A stretch of 64,000 nt of DNA from Haliotis cracherodii (Eukaryota): assembly GCF_022045235.1 (NCBI RefSeq), contig NW_027266297.1:8742001-8806000 (forward strand), read 5' to 3'. The position numbers were made by a program, and so were the translations under genes. This document shows, piece after piece, positions 25,020 through 37,344 of the stretch; position 1 is the stretch's first letter, and every line of letters begins with the position of its first letter. Below the pieces are notes generated by a model, which was not told the origin of the DNA, did no database searches, and was given only the letters and a program-made list of their open reading frames with translations.

Positions 25020-25930
25020 GGGAACCATATACTAGTATTGTATCTCTAACACAGGTTCAGGACAATTTGTTAAAAAATGAAAGCAAATGCCATCTGAATT
25101 TAACTCAGAAAACACTTTGTTAAATGCTGCATTTATTTATAGATGACATCTATGTGAAGTTTTGGGATATCACCTTCTGGCAGGTCGATGGCATCCCCCT
25201 GGAAACCAAATGTGCCCCCTTCTTGCTGATCTGTTTCTTTATGCACATGGATATGAAATTCTGTTCGGCTAGGCAAAATCAAAACAAAGGGATTTGGCCA
25301 ATACGTTTCACTTAAGCTTGTTCAATATTGTTCAGTAATTTTAAATACCCAATTCCCTTCCATTGATTTACCCATATGAACTTGAAATAAAAGACACCAG
25401 TGAAACCATCTCATCTGTTTCATACTTAGATATACCAATACAGATTCAGAGTCTCAATACAGTTTCCTCAATGCAATGAAAAAAGAAATGACTTCAACTT
25501 TCCCAATTATGTCGAGCAATATTTCGACAGCTCAAGCCTTGGTGTGTGTTGCGGTACAATCGAGTTGGTTCTTTCAACAATGATTTCTAGGACGCCATAC
25601 GACCCTTCCTCAAGAGTTGTGTGATTAGGGTAATGAATCAAAGACTTCAGTGAGGCATTCAGAACGTGTTATGGTGTACATGTGGAGGACGTTTCCCAAT
25701 TTCATTATGATGCTCGATGCAATTCCCTATTTTGAATTGTATGTTACCGTGTTTGTTCATTTGGGCCTTGCCTTTGTGTGTGTTTGTGTTTGTGGTTGTG
25801 ACTGATGCAACCAGTTCGCGAACACCTATTATCCTTACTAATTACATGTAATACACACATGCTTATGCTATTGTCGGAATCGTACATCGGACTCTACTTT
25901 TAGTGTCGATTTGTTAGTTTTGTCGTTAAG
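25020..25930 (+). mobile_element. Naiad-type Penelope-like RT fragment
   Basis: FIDDIYVKF..WQVDGIPLETKCAP, IYPYELEIKDT, SYLD and DFNFP remnants, then the 3' module. Confidence 0.75.
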
Positions 25931-26210
25931 GCTATATTAATACACACGCGTTACCTACGTGTTCAAGGTCAAAGATCAAAGCCCGCTACCCAAAGTATAG
26001 CTCATAAAGTTTAATTAATCAAGTCAGCATTTTTGTAAACAAGTATTGCTTAAACCACACTTTCCAAATAGTTACTTTCCGTCTTCAACAGCGTATAAAC
26101 ACTGACCTATCATGGCTTACCGTTTTCATTCTAACAATGGTTCACGATGTGAGACATTCATCTTTCTTTTATTTCATCAACACAAGAAGCATACATTTAA
26201 ATAATAATAA

Positions 26211-26457
26211 TGATTCGCTGTGCAGAGTTGCCTCCCCTGGACACGCCAGAAACCTATGGTTGTGGGTTCGAACCACCCTGATAATGTTTCTAGGTTTGTC
26301 AGCACCATACCCGTGCTCGTGGGTTTCACCGAAGTGGTAAACGTCTGAGACCTGCATCACTTCGGGCTTTACTCCCACATAAAGCTGACACGCCGCGATA
26401 TAACTGGAATACTGTTAAAAGCGGCGTTAACCCCAACTCCCTCACTCACTCACTCAC
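26211..26457 (+). mobile_element. SINE family B, 5'-truncated
   Basis: Aligns to 34547-34792; (ACTC)n tail. Confidence 0.85.
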
Positions 26458-26965
26458 CCATACTGCCTTGGCGAGGTAACATTGGTAACCAAACACTCCG
26501 GGCAGAATTTCGTTCCATGTCTACATCTATCTATACATTATCTCGAAGCATATTATATTGTTCTCTCACACGACCCTACTTATTAATATAATATGTAACA
26601 TCATCCCTTTGAATTCCTTACCTCATTCATCCTTCACCACCCTCTCTGACATAAACACTCACCCACACCCATGGTAATCCTATTTTGTGCTGCGTCAGCG
26701 TCTCGAGACTGTCCCATTAGCACGTCCTTGGCGCGTCTCCGCGAGTCTGGTCTATCTCCGACAAGTGATACTAATTGTTAACGGCATGTCTCGCCCTCTG
26801 GGAATTATATTTTTTGTAACCCAAACTCAGATCCAACAACCGAAATATCAGTAATGTCATTCTTTTTACTAAATACACTGAACATCTCTGGGTCCTGTCT
26901 TTAAAGAAGCAAGTCCGTTGGTCCCCTGGTTAAAATAGGTCCATAGTCCTCTATTGCCTGTTGAG

Positions 26966-27246
26966 TCGGTTGGTTGGTTGGTTGGTTGGTTGGTTGTTTA
27001 ACGCCGCACTCAGCAATATTCCATCTGTATGACGGCGGTCTGTAAATGATCGAGTCGGGACCAGACAATCCAGTGATTAATACCATGAGCATCGATCCAC
27101 GTAAATGGGATCGATGACATGCATCAACCAAGTCAGCGAACCTGACCACCCGATCCCGTTAGTCGCCTTTTACGACAGGCATAGTCGCTTTTTACGGCAA
27201 GCATGGGTTGCTGAATACATATTCTACCCCGGATCTTCAAGGGTTA
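26966..27246 (-). mobile_element. SINE-like family D, full length
   Basis: 14-bp TSD tattgcctgttgag (26952-26965, 27247-27260); (AACC)n tail. Confidence 0.9.
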
Positions 27247-29559
27247 TATTGCCTGTTGAGAGGAGGGAGTAGTGAGGGGCAGTCAGACCCTGTGCTGTGG
27301 CTGATTGCGTGTAGGCAACCTCCAATGGTTTGCCTAGTCCAGACTCGATTATTTTCATCCCACCGTGATATAGCTTCTATAATGCAAATTGGACGTTAAA
27401 TAACATTCCTTCAGTCACTGATTATAAAGTATTGAATATATTTTTAGAATTATTAAGCCGATTTTATATCAAGAAAAGTTCTTCCTATCATATCTTAGAG
27501 AGAAGACCCAGTCGCGATAGGTGAGCAGAGTTGTGTGCAAGCACCCTATGGTCGTTGATGCGAACCCCAAATTTGCCGTACTTATAAGTCTTGGTTTTTC
27601 AACATTACACACCCCGTGCTCATGAGTTTCAAAGTGGTAAACGCCTAAAACCTGCTTCATTTCGGACCCTCTCCAAAATCAATCTGACACCCCTTGATAC
27701 AACTAAAATGCTCCGCAAAGCTCAAACACAATATACCTCTTAGACACATGTCGAACCACCTTCTACCCATCCCAACTCCCAGGCGCACTCAATCGTTCCC
27801 TGGGGACACTTTCGGGAACCGAAAAAAGTAACCAGACAGTTTAAACCTACTCCAATTTTCTGCGTTTACTGCGAAACAACCAACAACCGGCTAGATTTAT
27901 TTGCAATTAGAGCACGCGGTATATTGATTGTGGCGCAACATCAGACAGAAGGACCTACTGGTCCTGTCTCGCCCAGTGTGAGGTTGCCCCTACAGTGTTG
28001 TAGTCGGCAGGTGGTAACCAGGCGTCAAGGAGGCTAATACAAGTTATTATGCTGCACCGAGAGTGCTCATAAACTTGTCAATGGCCTTGATGGTCAGCGC
28101 TATTTAGGACATTCAGAACATTAGGACACTTAATATACGACACATCTACCGCCTATTGATGCCGCGGTGACAGTTGGCTGAGTAATTTGACATCATGGTC
28201 AACTTGTTTGGGCACATTTCTTCTATATCAGCCTTTATTAGTCGTATTTAATATTGCGGTTATAAAATATTATAATTATTACATATTATCGTTATTTACA
28301 TGTATGTTTACGTTTTTAGAAACAAGCAACAGGGAAGCGGGTGTCTGAATAGCTTACATTTATTGTTCAATGTTCGCTGCCTGATAAATTGAGTTCTCTT
28401 ACAAAGAAAAAAGACACGGTTATTCTAATGTAATGGGAAATTAACTAACAGGGTGTTTTATTTATACCTATGTAACGAACACAACAGTATGATAGGCAGA
28501 CTTTGAAATATTTTTATAAAAAGAGAATATAACTCCTTAGTGAGCTTTCTGGTCGTTCTTCATCCCAATTGAATACCAACATACTTTAAATCTTTAACGG
28601 AGAGGAGTTTTGAATTATGTAACTAACAAAATTCACAATATGATAATGTAATCATATTCTTATATTTGAACGCAATTTTGTATTAATCACTGAGTGATAT
28701 GTTCATTCGCAACTTTATAATGAGAAGTTTTGAACCCCAGTGGCTGAAAATGTAAACTCTTTCGACCAACCCAGACATTAATGTCTCTGTCTCTGGTGTT
28801 TTTATGACGATACACGTTTTTTTCAGTGATTCTTAACGGGATGTAATCTAACAATGTACCGTTAGAACATGCCCTACAGTCATTTGTGAAGCTGTGAGTT
28901 CATAAACGATCCATTTCTTGTCCAACTCCCCTTAATTGCCAGTTGAAAGTCGAGTTGACTGTAAAATGCTGTCCTCATTTACAAAATAAACCTGTCAGGG
29001 ATGATGTTGACACTGATACTAATCCCAGATCGAGTTTGTATCAGGAGATTGCTTTATTAAATGCTTTACTGAGATGAGGTGTTGGGACGCGTTAATAACG
29101 ATGGCATTGATCTATATATGACGTACATAAGTAGGCAGTTTTTTATAACGTAATAAATGTCACCTTTATAACTGTAACATTCCTCATGTCAATTATAATT
29201 GGCCATTTCATGACTGACTGACATTTGAAACGGAGAATTGGTTTAGGTGTGTGTTAAAATACTTTGTCTCATTGATTTCATTCCTCTGAAATCTCTTCAA
29301 CGCAGTTATCAGGATGGTGGGCGGAAGGGTCATGCGGTCTTAGAGCTTGCAATGACTGGAAAAAATAACGCGCAATTGTGTCGCCTTATTTGAAAGATAT
29401 TGTTAGACATATGCTGATTACACGTAAGTCTTATTTTGGCGTTCATTACACCGTTTTCTAAACGATTTACAAAGAGTCATCTACTTAACCAATCTATTGT
29501 AAGCAGTCTGAGATATAATGTTGTATTTATGGTTCCTTCGAAGTGTTGCAAATTACAGA

Positions 29560-30150
29560 GACCCTGAGATGATGTCTGATGCCACTATTCCTGTCACCAT
29601 AATCACACATTAGAGTTCAGGGGAGACTTAATACCAGTTTAAACATGTGTTTTAGTTATATTATCAGCTGGTGGAAAAAGATCCGAACCAGGCTCACACG
29701 CAATAACGGTACCCACAGACAGATGCTGTTGAGCAAGTATGTGGGAATAGTGACTAGGTTGTGTTCTGAGGCCATTGACCTTGTTAGTGTTACTCCAGAC
29801 AAGTAACAGAGTGTGTCGCCACTGAGTTATGTTGGGCGCTTACTTCCTTCACAACGCGTGATTACCTCCACAATAAACACAACGTGTTTTTGGAGGCATT
29901 CCAGAGGAGGGGTGTAAACATATAGGTGGCATCAGTGGTATGGAGAATCATTTGAATTGTGAGATGGTAATGGACCTTGCCGTTCCTTTCATGTAGCTCT
30001 CAGTTCTTCTGCTGCTGTGTATGGCTGTGAGAGGCTGGAGGTGAATACTACACCTCTAGTTTGAAACAAGTCAAGCGTAGCGGTAGTGAAGATTCTCTTC
30101 TCTGTACCTGCCATTAGACCCCATAATGTTCACATATATTGTATTTCACT
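29560..30150 (-). mobile_element. Possible highly decayed LINE APE-endonuclease remnant
   Basis: Weak reverse-strand remnants resembling NIxGL, YxPP and SDH motifs in the expected order; frames broken. Confidence 0.25.
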
Positions 30151-30475
30151 TTTGGGCAAATCGTTTAGCCTTCAATCTCTTCCTGGGGCACGATTAGACC
30201 ATTTGTCTGAGGCGCCGCATTTTGTTTTTCAGAGTTGCGTGCCAGAGACTGTGATCATTAGTTGGAATCCCATACTCTATCCCTTAAGAGGTTTTGGGGG
30301 GAGAATATGTTAAGTTTGTTGTATGTGACTGCTGAACCTTTTCATTTCACGTAGATAGGTGTCATGTTTTCAGTCACTGATGTACCTTGTTCAGATACAT
30401 GGATATAGCCTAGTTTTAGCTAAGGCCTCACACAAGATTGATTCTCTCACTCCTCTATATGTTATTTACTCCTAA

Positions 30476-30660
30476 ATAGTAGTTGCAGCAGCAGTAGTAG
30501 TATGAGTAGGAATATAAGAAGCAGTAGTGGTGATATTGCTGTTGTTATTATTATTCTCATTATTATTAATTGTAATAGTAGAAGTAGTGGTAGTAGTAGT
30601 AGTTATAGTAGTAATAGTAGAAGACGTAGTACAGTAGAGCAAGAGCAACGACAACAAGTG
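30476..30660. repeat. Degenerate (TAG)n/(TTA)n trinucleotide tract
   Basis: Visible directly. Confidence 0.85.
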
Positions 30661-30722
30661 GTAGCGTGGAGGATACAAATATGGACAAGTTACAGTAGTA
30701 CATGTTTTGTCAGGATTAATTA

Positions 30723-30859
30723 GGCGGTCGGGTAGCCTAGTGGTTAAAGCGTTCGCTCGTCACGCCGAAGGCCCGGGTTTGATTCCCGAAATGGGTACAA
30801 TGTGTGATATTGCTGGAATATTGCTAAAAGCAGCGTAAAACCATACTCACTCACTCACT
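30723..30859 (+). mobile_element. SINE family A (tRNA-Asp/Val-like head)
   Basis: A box tagcctagtgg, gtcacg anticodon-like loop, B-box variant; TSD caggattaRtta; small internal deletion. Confidence 0.88.
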
Positions 30860-31999
30860 CAGGATTAGTTAAAGCTTTAACTTCTATGAATATTGGAATT
30901 AATAAGGAAACACAGGTCCATCTACTTACGTCTATGTTCTATATATACTGTATGGCATATAAGCTGTAGGGTTAGATACGAACACAAATACATGCAGGTC
31001 AGAGAAGACTAAAACTACTCAACAAGGCACTCAGACAGCTGCAAACAGTGCATGACAGCTCATCATGAGTAGGAAGTTCACAGAGTCTTCTTAAATCGAT
31101 AAAATTAACCTTAATGTAGGTTCTTAATATAGACACCCTGAAGTGGATTAAAATTCTCATCTACATGTAGATAACGTCTTATGCATTAATCCCCGAACGT
31201 CATATCGTCTTTGTCAATGCTGACAGCTGCAATTACCATCAACTATATGACAAGTTCCATTGCTCCGTCCCAGACATTCTACCCTGTAATATGAATGTGA
31301 ATATGTGCTGTATTCTGATTGGTTGACAAATGTTGCACGATGGGATTGGAAACCGGAAATCTTTAGGTGAGTTGATGTGAAGTGGGTTTAACGTCGCGTT
31401 TAAGCTTATTGCACTTATATAGCCTAGTTATATATCTCTAACGTCTTTGATATGACGTTGCTGGGGTTAAAAAAACCTACCTTCCGCTCTCCGGGCAGAC
31501 GCGCTATCCACTGGGAAAACCTTCAGGAATTGTTACTATGCATGAATATTTTTTGTGATAAGAGTATTTTTTCTAAATCCAAAATTTCAGACACGTCGCA
31601 TTTTGCTTGATCGTATATTGTTTATATCGCATTAAATATGAATCAGAACAACTTAGATTTAGTCTTCCCTCTCATTCTGCAACCCGGAAGAGATCAGATG
31701 TTGTTGAAGCATATGACGTCACCCATTGTATCATGACGTTATATAGCATTCCAGGGTGACTGTCTCAAGGAGACAGAGAGAACACGAAAACTACTGATAA
31801 CGTCAACGTTGTATTGCACAATGTGGATAAACAGTTTGTGTTTTTGATATTTCTTATCGAGTATAACACAGTAATGAAACCTCTGAACCAAATGAAATAT
31901 CCGGCCACAACACAACATTAATAATCGCAAATCTTAAAATATAAAGGACTATTTCCATAATCATAAGAAATATTTTACATTCTACTGCTCTACTTCCGA

Positions 32000-32300
32000 C
32001 TATATCATAAGGATATGTTTATGAGTTACTATTAAATAGTGATGATACCATGTGCTCGCAAAAATGTGAAACTCTGTTTCATGCTGCTTCTCTCTGCATC
32101 TACTCTGTCTTGAAAACTTGTGCCCGATCCTTTTCCTTGTGCATAGGCTATGTTTAAAACAATCAAAAGGTGAGCGTATCCTGCCCCACTGGTGACATCC
32201 GTCACAAATACACGTAAAGGCAAGGCAACTGTTCATCTAAAAAAAATGCGTGAACACATCGCAAGAGTCAAAATAGGGAATTGATTCATTTTGTCAATGA
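32000..32300 (-). mobile_element. Naiad-type PLE 3' fragment
   Basis: Reverse complement of gtatttgtgacggatgtcaccagtggggcaggatacgctcacctttt. Confidence 0.65.
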
Positions 32301-32909
32301 TGTGTATGATCATATAAGTCCATGACCCGTGTTGTCTCCTTTGCAGTACTAATATATCTATGATATAGGCGTTCGTAGATTATCACATAACCTACATGCA
32401 TGAGCATATGTCAGATAATGCGTAATACTGATACACGTTGCTGCACCACACTCATAATTCGTATAAAGGAAATAGGTGTATAATGTGTTACCCTGAGTCA
32501 AATTCACTTTGGACGGTGTGTTGTTAGCCTTGCATGCAAGTTACATGTAGCAATAAACAGCTGTGGAAGAAATCGGCGTCTACGATCACGTATAGCCAGA
32601 TGGTGACATGCAAACTGTAAAAGATACCGGGAAATCTTTAACTTTTCAGCTTTAAATCTCCAAAGCCAGATCTGGAAGCAGTTCATGTGTAGTTTCTATT
32701 CATCATATCATTGTAGCTGTTTGACTCGACAAATATTCTCTTGTTTGAGTGTCACGTTCAGGATGTCAGCAGCTTCAAACGTCACGACTGCACTGAATAT
32801 TGAGTAGAGGTAATCTATTAATAACAAACTAATGATAAACCCTCGACTATTTTGTCAATGGTTTCTATGTTGTCTGCGTCCTAATACAAAAGACTTTTTG
32901 TTTCCTTAG

Positions 32910-33254
32910 ATGATGTTTTCGCGCCCCTTCACAAGTCACAGTTACCGGTCCAGGTCGTCACTCCACAGCTCATTCCGCGACTCCATGAGGGGCACGAACA
33001 TCCGTCTGACAGCCACTAGAGTGGCTCTTGACCGAAACAGAGGAATAGAAACAAGGGCAGATGGAAACTGGCACAAAGCATCCTTTCTCTCAGGCTCTCG
33101 TTCCGACTCCCACTCCAGTTCTGCCGACGTGGAACGCGGCAGCAACCGGAACCAGCTGCAGGTACCCCGTGCCGGAAGACCCCTATACACAGCCTCGTTC
33201 AAATCTCACCGCAGGAGGCGATCCGATATGGAGGACTCCTTCAGCAGCTCCTGA
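32910..33254 (+). CDS. GPCR terminal exon, Ser/Arg-rich cytoplasmic tail (114 aa + stop)
   Basis: ttttgtttccttag acceptor directly before the ORF, phase 0 matching the 21091 donor; GC-rich open frame in AT-rich surroundings; Ser/Arg-rich as is typical of GPCR C-tails; AATAAA downstream. Confidence 0.75.
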   Translation: MMFSRPFTSHSYRSRSSLHSSFRDSMRGTNIRLTATRVALDRNRGIETRADGNWHKASFLSGSRSDSHSSSADVERGSNRNQLQVPRAGRPLYTASFKSHRRRRSDMEDSFSSS

Positions 33255-33511
33255 TTCAAACAACATGAAAAGATATTTCAATTGTGCTTCTTGTGAATTG
33301 TATTTTATATCCTAATAATGGATCTGTGATACCAAGTTTCTCTTTTATTGTTGTTTGATATTACATGTTTAAGCAACGGGTGCAACATTCATTCAGGAGA
33401 CAGTTCAGAGGAATTATGAAGCGTCTGTGTATATAATGTTACAATTAATTTCTTTGTTTACATTTACTCATCTTTCCATTGTCTAAAACATTCTATCTTG
33501 TTATTTGCGTG

Positions 33512-33517
33512 AATAAA
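33512..33517 (+). promoter_or_regulatory. Candidate polyadenylation signal of the GPCR
   Basis: First AATAAA seen about 260 nt after the stop codon, in AT-rich UTR-like sequence. Confidence 0.35.
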
Positions 33518-33585
33518 TATATCTCAGATATTTCGATACACTTATTTACTACCAGAAGAAGGGACACTTTTATTTCACTTCACAT

Positions 33586-33773
33586 GGGTCACGGGTGGCA
33601 ATTCGTTGTGAAGAGTTGCGTCCCTTGGGCACACCAGAAACCTATGATTGTGGTTTCGAATCCCGGTTCGCCCCCATGATGTTCCTAGGTTTTTCAGCAC
33701 CATACCCGTGTCCGTGGGTTTCACCAAAGTGGTAAACGTCTGAGACCTGCACTCACTCACTCACTCACTCACT
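33586..33773 (+). mobile_element. SINE family B with deletions
   Basis: gggtcacgggtggc...agagttgcgtcccttgggcac...tggtaaacgtctgagacctgc + (ACTC)n. Confidence 0.8.
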
Positions 33774-33940
33774 ATTTCGCTTCTTAAGCCTAATGGATAA
33801 CACTATCTGGACAGTTTGTGAAGTGGAAGGAGTATTCAAGTAAATTCATTCAACCCATCTGGAATGAAGTATTCGCGAGAAGTCAAGACAATACACACAC
33901 ACTGGATGCACTATCTAGGGTTACGTCGCTGCAAGTGAAG

Positions 33941-34201
33941 GACCGCCTCCGTGGTCTAGTGGCAGAGCGGAGGGCGGAAGGTCCGGGGTTCGATCCCCGG
34001 CCGCCTCATACCAAAAGACATTTAAAATGGTACTTTTTGTTATACCCTGTCTGGCGCTCGGCATTAAGGGGCTATAACAAGGACTGGTCGGCTCGGAGTC
34101 AGTATACTGTGTCTGAGTGGGGCATTCATGTTAAACTGCGGCATGGTATCTCAGTGAGCTATCACTATTAATCGGTATGAGTCCGGACTAGTACAAGCAG
34201 C

Positions 34202-34258
<57 letters not shown>

Positions 34259-34324
34259 ATGCACGTCGCTATATAAGTGCAATAATCTTGGACGCGACGT
34301 TAAGCCCCATTTCGCCTCACCATA
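33941..34324 (+). mobile_element. SINE family C (Meta-like) with expanded internal (CA)25
   Basis: TSD caagtgaag (33932-33940, 34325-34333); tRNA A/B boxes; (CA)n at 34204-34253. Confidence 0.9.
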
Positions 34325-34479
34325 CAAGTGAAGTTGTTTATTTGAGTACTAGACTAATTTATTATATATACTCTAATTAAACAAAGTATATATATTCTAA
34401 TTAAACATCATCCGTTACATCCTAAAATGTAAAGTGCTGTATTACAGTTATCTAATAATTAAAGTTTCATGCACAGATT

Positions 34480-34792
34480 GGGGGCACGGGTGGCCCAGTC
34501 GTCTAAGGCGCCGCGATTCGCTGTGGCCCAGTCGTCTAAGGCGCCGCGATTCGCTGTGCAGAGTTGCGTCCCTTTGGCTCGCCAGAAACCTATGATTGTG
34601 GGTTCGAATCCCGGTTCGCCCCGATTATGTTTCTAGGTTTGTCAGCACCATACCCGTGCTCGTGGTTTTCACCGAAGTGGTAAACGTCTGAGACCTGCAT
34701 CACTTTGGGCTTCCCTCCCACATTAAGCTGACACGCCGTGATATAACTGGAATACTGTTAAAAGCGGAGTAAAACCCAACTCACTCACTCAC
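34480..34792 (+). mobile_element. SINE family B, full length (tRNA-Leu/Ser-like head with long A-B spacer)
   Basis: 13-bp TSD tcatgcacagatt; head ggtggcccagtcgtctaaggcgcc duplicated in tandem; B box ggttcgaatcc. Confidence 0.9.
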
Positions 34793-34901
34793 TCATGCAC
34801 AGATTATTACGATTACGTTGACATTAATATAAAATTGTTTACTGGTGTATCTGCAAATGTTAATAAGGGTGTACAATCAGTTCTGTTTACGTTACGACAG
34901 C

Positions 34902-35262
34902 TTGTTGTTGTTTGTTGTTTGACGCCGCACTCAGAAATATTCAAATATGACGGGTGTGTGCAAAATATCGTGTCTGGACTAGACAATCCACTGATTGACA
35001 TCATGAGCATTGATCTACGCAATTGGGATACGGTGACATGCATCAAGTGAGTGAGTGAGTATGGTTTTACGCAGCAATATTCCAATATCCCAGAGGGGGA
35101 CATCAGAAATGGGCTTCACACATTGTACCCACGTGGGACATGCATCAACCAAGTCAACGAGCCTGAACGCCCGATCCCGTTAGTCGCCTTTTACGACACG
35201 CATAGTCACCTTTTACGGCAAGCATGGCTGCTGAAGACCTACTTTAACCCGGATCTTCACGG
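34902..35262 (-). mobile_element. SINE-like family D interrupted by a family A insertion
   Basis: Family D body on both sides of 35047-35136. Confidence 0.85.
35047..35136 (-). mobile_element. 5'-truncated SINE family A nested in family D
   Basis: 12-bp TSD gacatgcatcaa at 35035-35046 and 35137-35148. Confidence 0.85.
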
Positions 35263-35313
35263 ATTATTGCATTGAACTGATAAGGTATTTGTACGCACTG
35301 TGAGAGTTTTATG

Positions 35314-35479
35314 AGTGAGTGAGTGAGTTAGGTTTTACGCCGCTTTTAGCAATATTCCAGCAATATCACGGCGGGGGACACCAGAAATGGGCTTCACACA
35401 TTGTACCCATGTCGGGAATCGAACCCGGGTCTTCAGCGTGACGAGCCAACGCTTTAACCACTAGGCTACCCGACCGCCC
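35314..35479 (-). mobile_element. SINE family A, full length
   Basis: 12-bp TSD gagagttttatg; A/B boxes intact; (ACTC)n tail. Confidence 0.92.
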
Positions 35480-37179
35480 GAGAGTTTTATGCATGTGACT
35501 AGTATGAATGAGACATACCAATATTATAAAATTCCGGGGATTTTCTGGGATTAATATGTGGATTAATGGTATAACCTGTATCACTAAATGGATACAGAAT
35601 ACTAAAGAACAAAACCAGCATCGTCAGTGGTTCCTAATTACCAATGCAGCACATTATAGAATGGATGTGGTTTAACATCGCTTTGAACAGAATTCAGTTC
35701 CGTGTTTATCAAGCTTATTGGTGGGGGAAAGCCACAGGTGATGCAGGATGCAGATATGTCCCACTGTGGTGAAACCAAGATCATATTGTAGGAACAGTTG
35801 GACCAAGGATCATACATTTCAATTATCAGCGGATCCTGGCACGCCTAATATACATAACTCTTCCAAGCGAATCGAGGTGTCCAAGACCCCTGGGCCACTT
35901 GTAACCCATTTAACCCATTAACCCAACTTCACAAGAAGTCATTTCAAAACGTTAATGAAATGTAAGATTTAAATTGAATAATATGAAAAAGGTATTTTGA
36001 CCACATTGCTTTAGAGAGTAATTTACAATTAACTCGACCCTCATGTTAATATGTGGAGGGATTTTATAAAATTAACCTTACAACATTTTAGTACCAGATT
36101 TGTGTAACACTGCCAGATCAAAAGTTCTTTTCTTGGACCCTTCAGCATTATTGTGTTATGTTTGTGTTCAGACAATTTACCGCGCCCAAAATGAATTATT
36201 TTTGGCCGCAAGAAGTGTAGTCCTCTTTGTTGAATATATTTGACTTAATTAGGAATCTCTGTGTTAAAACATTATGCAAGATTAAAGGAACACGTCCTGG
36301 AACAGAAGGAAACATTAATAATGGCATCCTCATCTCCATGTTTGTGCCCTTTGTGATGCGTTGATGATTTATGTAATGATTAATGGAAAGGGCAATGTTC
36401 CGGAATCCTGGTCAGTTTTAAATCACGTCTAGGAAGCGTAATGGCATAATACCGTTTCACGATATTCCTAATGTTTGTGAGATCAGATAGGATGTCATGC
36501 CTACCTCCACCTAGACTTGTTTCCATTTTAATATGATATAATGTAAATAATGTCTCACACAAACAAATCATTAGGACTTGCAACAATATTTTTAATCATT
36601 TCGGAACACATCATAGACGAGGTAGAAACATATTTTGGACATAATTTCATTTTATTTTTTTTGAAATTTTGAAACAGATATGTATTCAAATTCAACCTCC
36701 GTCCTGCCACGCGGTCATGTAATTATAGACGTGCCAACCTTTTTTGTTGTTTGAAGTATACGTACGCATACCGTAAATATGAAAAAGTCCTAAAATATTC
36801 CACTGAGGTTTCCACAGAACACATTAGACCGGGCAGCAAGGGCGCTGATAATTGGTAATCAGAAACAGCATGAACTAGAAAAAGTGTTTCTTATGCCCGA
36901 GATAAGGTATACTAGCGAGATAAATGCAAACAAACACACTGCCAGTTTTATGTCGGATTACTCAACGCAATACTGAGCATATTCGACGTCAGAATATATT
37001 AGTGTTTCAGAATAGTTTGACAAAAAGCATTTGTCACTCAGTATCATTTCCAAAATAGTTTGTAAGACTGTCTTCCTTTAGCACATCATGCACAATACAA
37101 TACAATATGAACGCAAACAGGACCTTTACAAAACGAAAAGTACAATAATGCAAGAATGGTAGAAGTTAGTTAAAGATGG

Positions 37180-37344
37180 GGTCGGTCGGGTAGCCTTGTG
37201 GTTAAAGCGTTCGTTCGTCACGCCGAAGACCCGGGTTCGATTCCCGACATGGGTACAACGTGTGAAGCCCATTACTGGTGTCCCCCGCCGAAATATTGCT
37301 CGAATATTGCTAAAAGTGGCGTAAAACCATACTCACTCACTCAC
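37180..37344 (+). mobile_element. SINE family A, full length
   Basis: TSD tagttaaagRtgg; ggttcgattccc B box. Confidence 0.9.

Noticed and set aside
30472-30723. Thr-rich/Ser-rich ORFs
   Set aside because: Translation of a degenerate trinucleotide tract
8442-32909. Near-equal intron lengths (11952 and 11818 bp) as a sign of duplication
   Set aside because: The two introns have different repeat content and order; likely coincidence
35400-35479. Functional tRNA genes (also at 30723, 33941, 34480, 37180, 47540)
   Set aside because: Acceptor stems are not intact and each continues into a SINE body and tail flanked by TSDs
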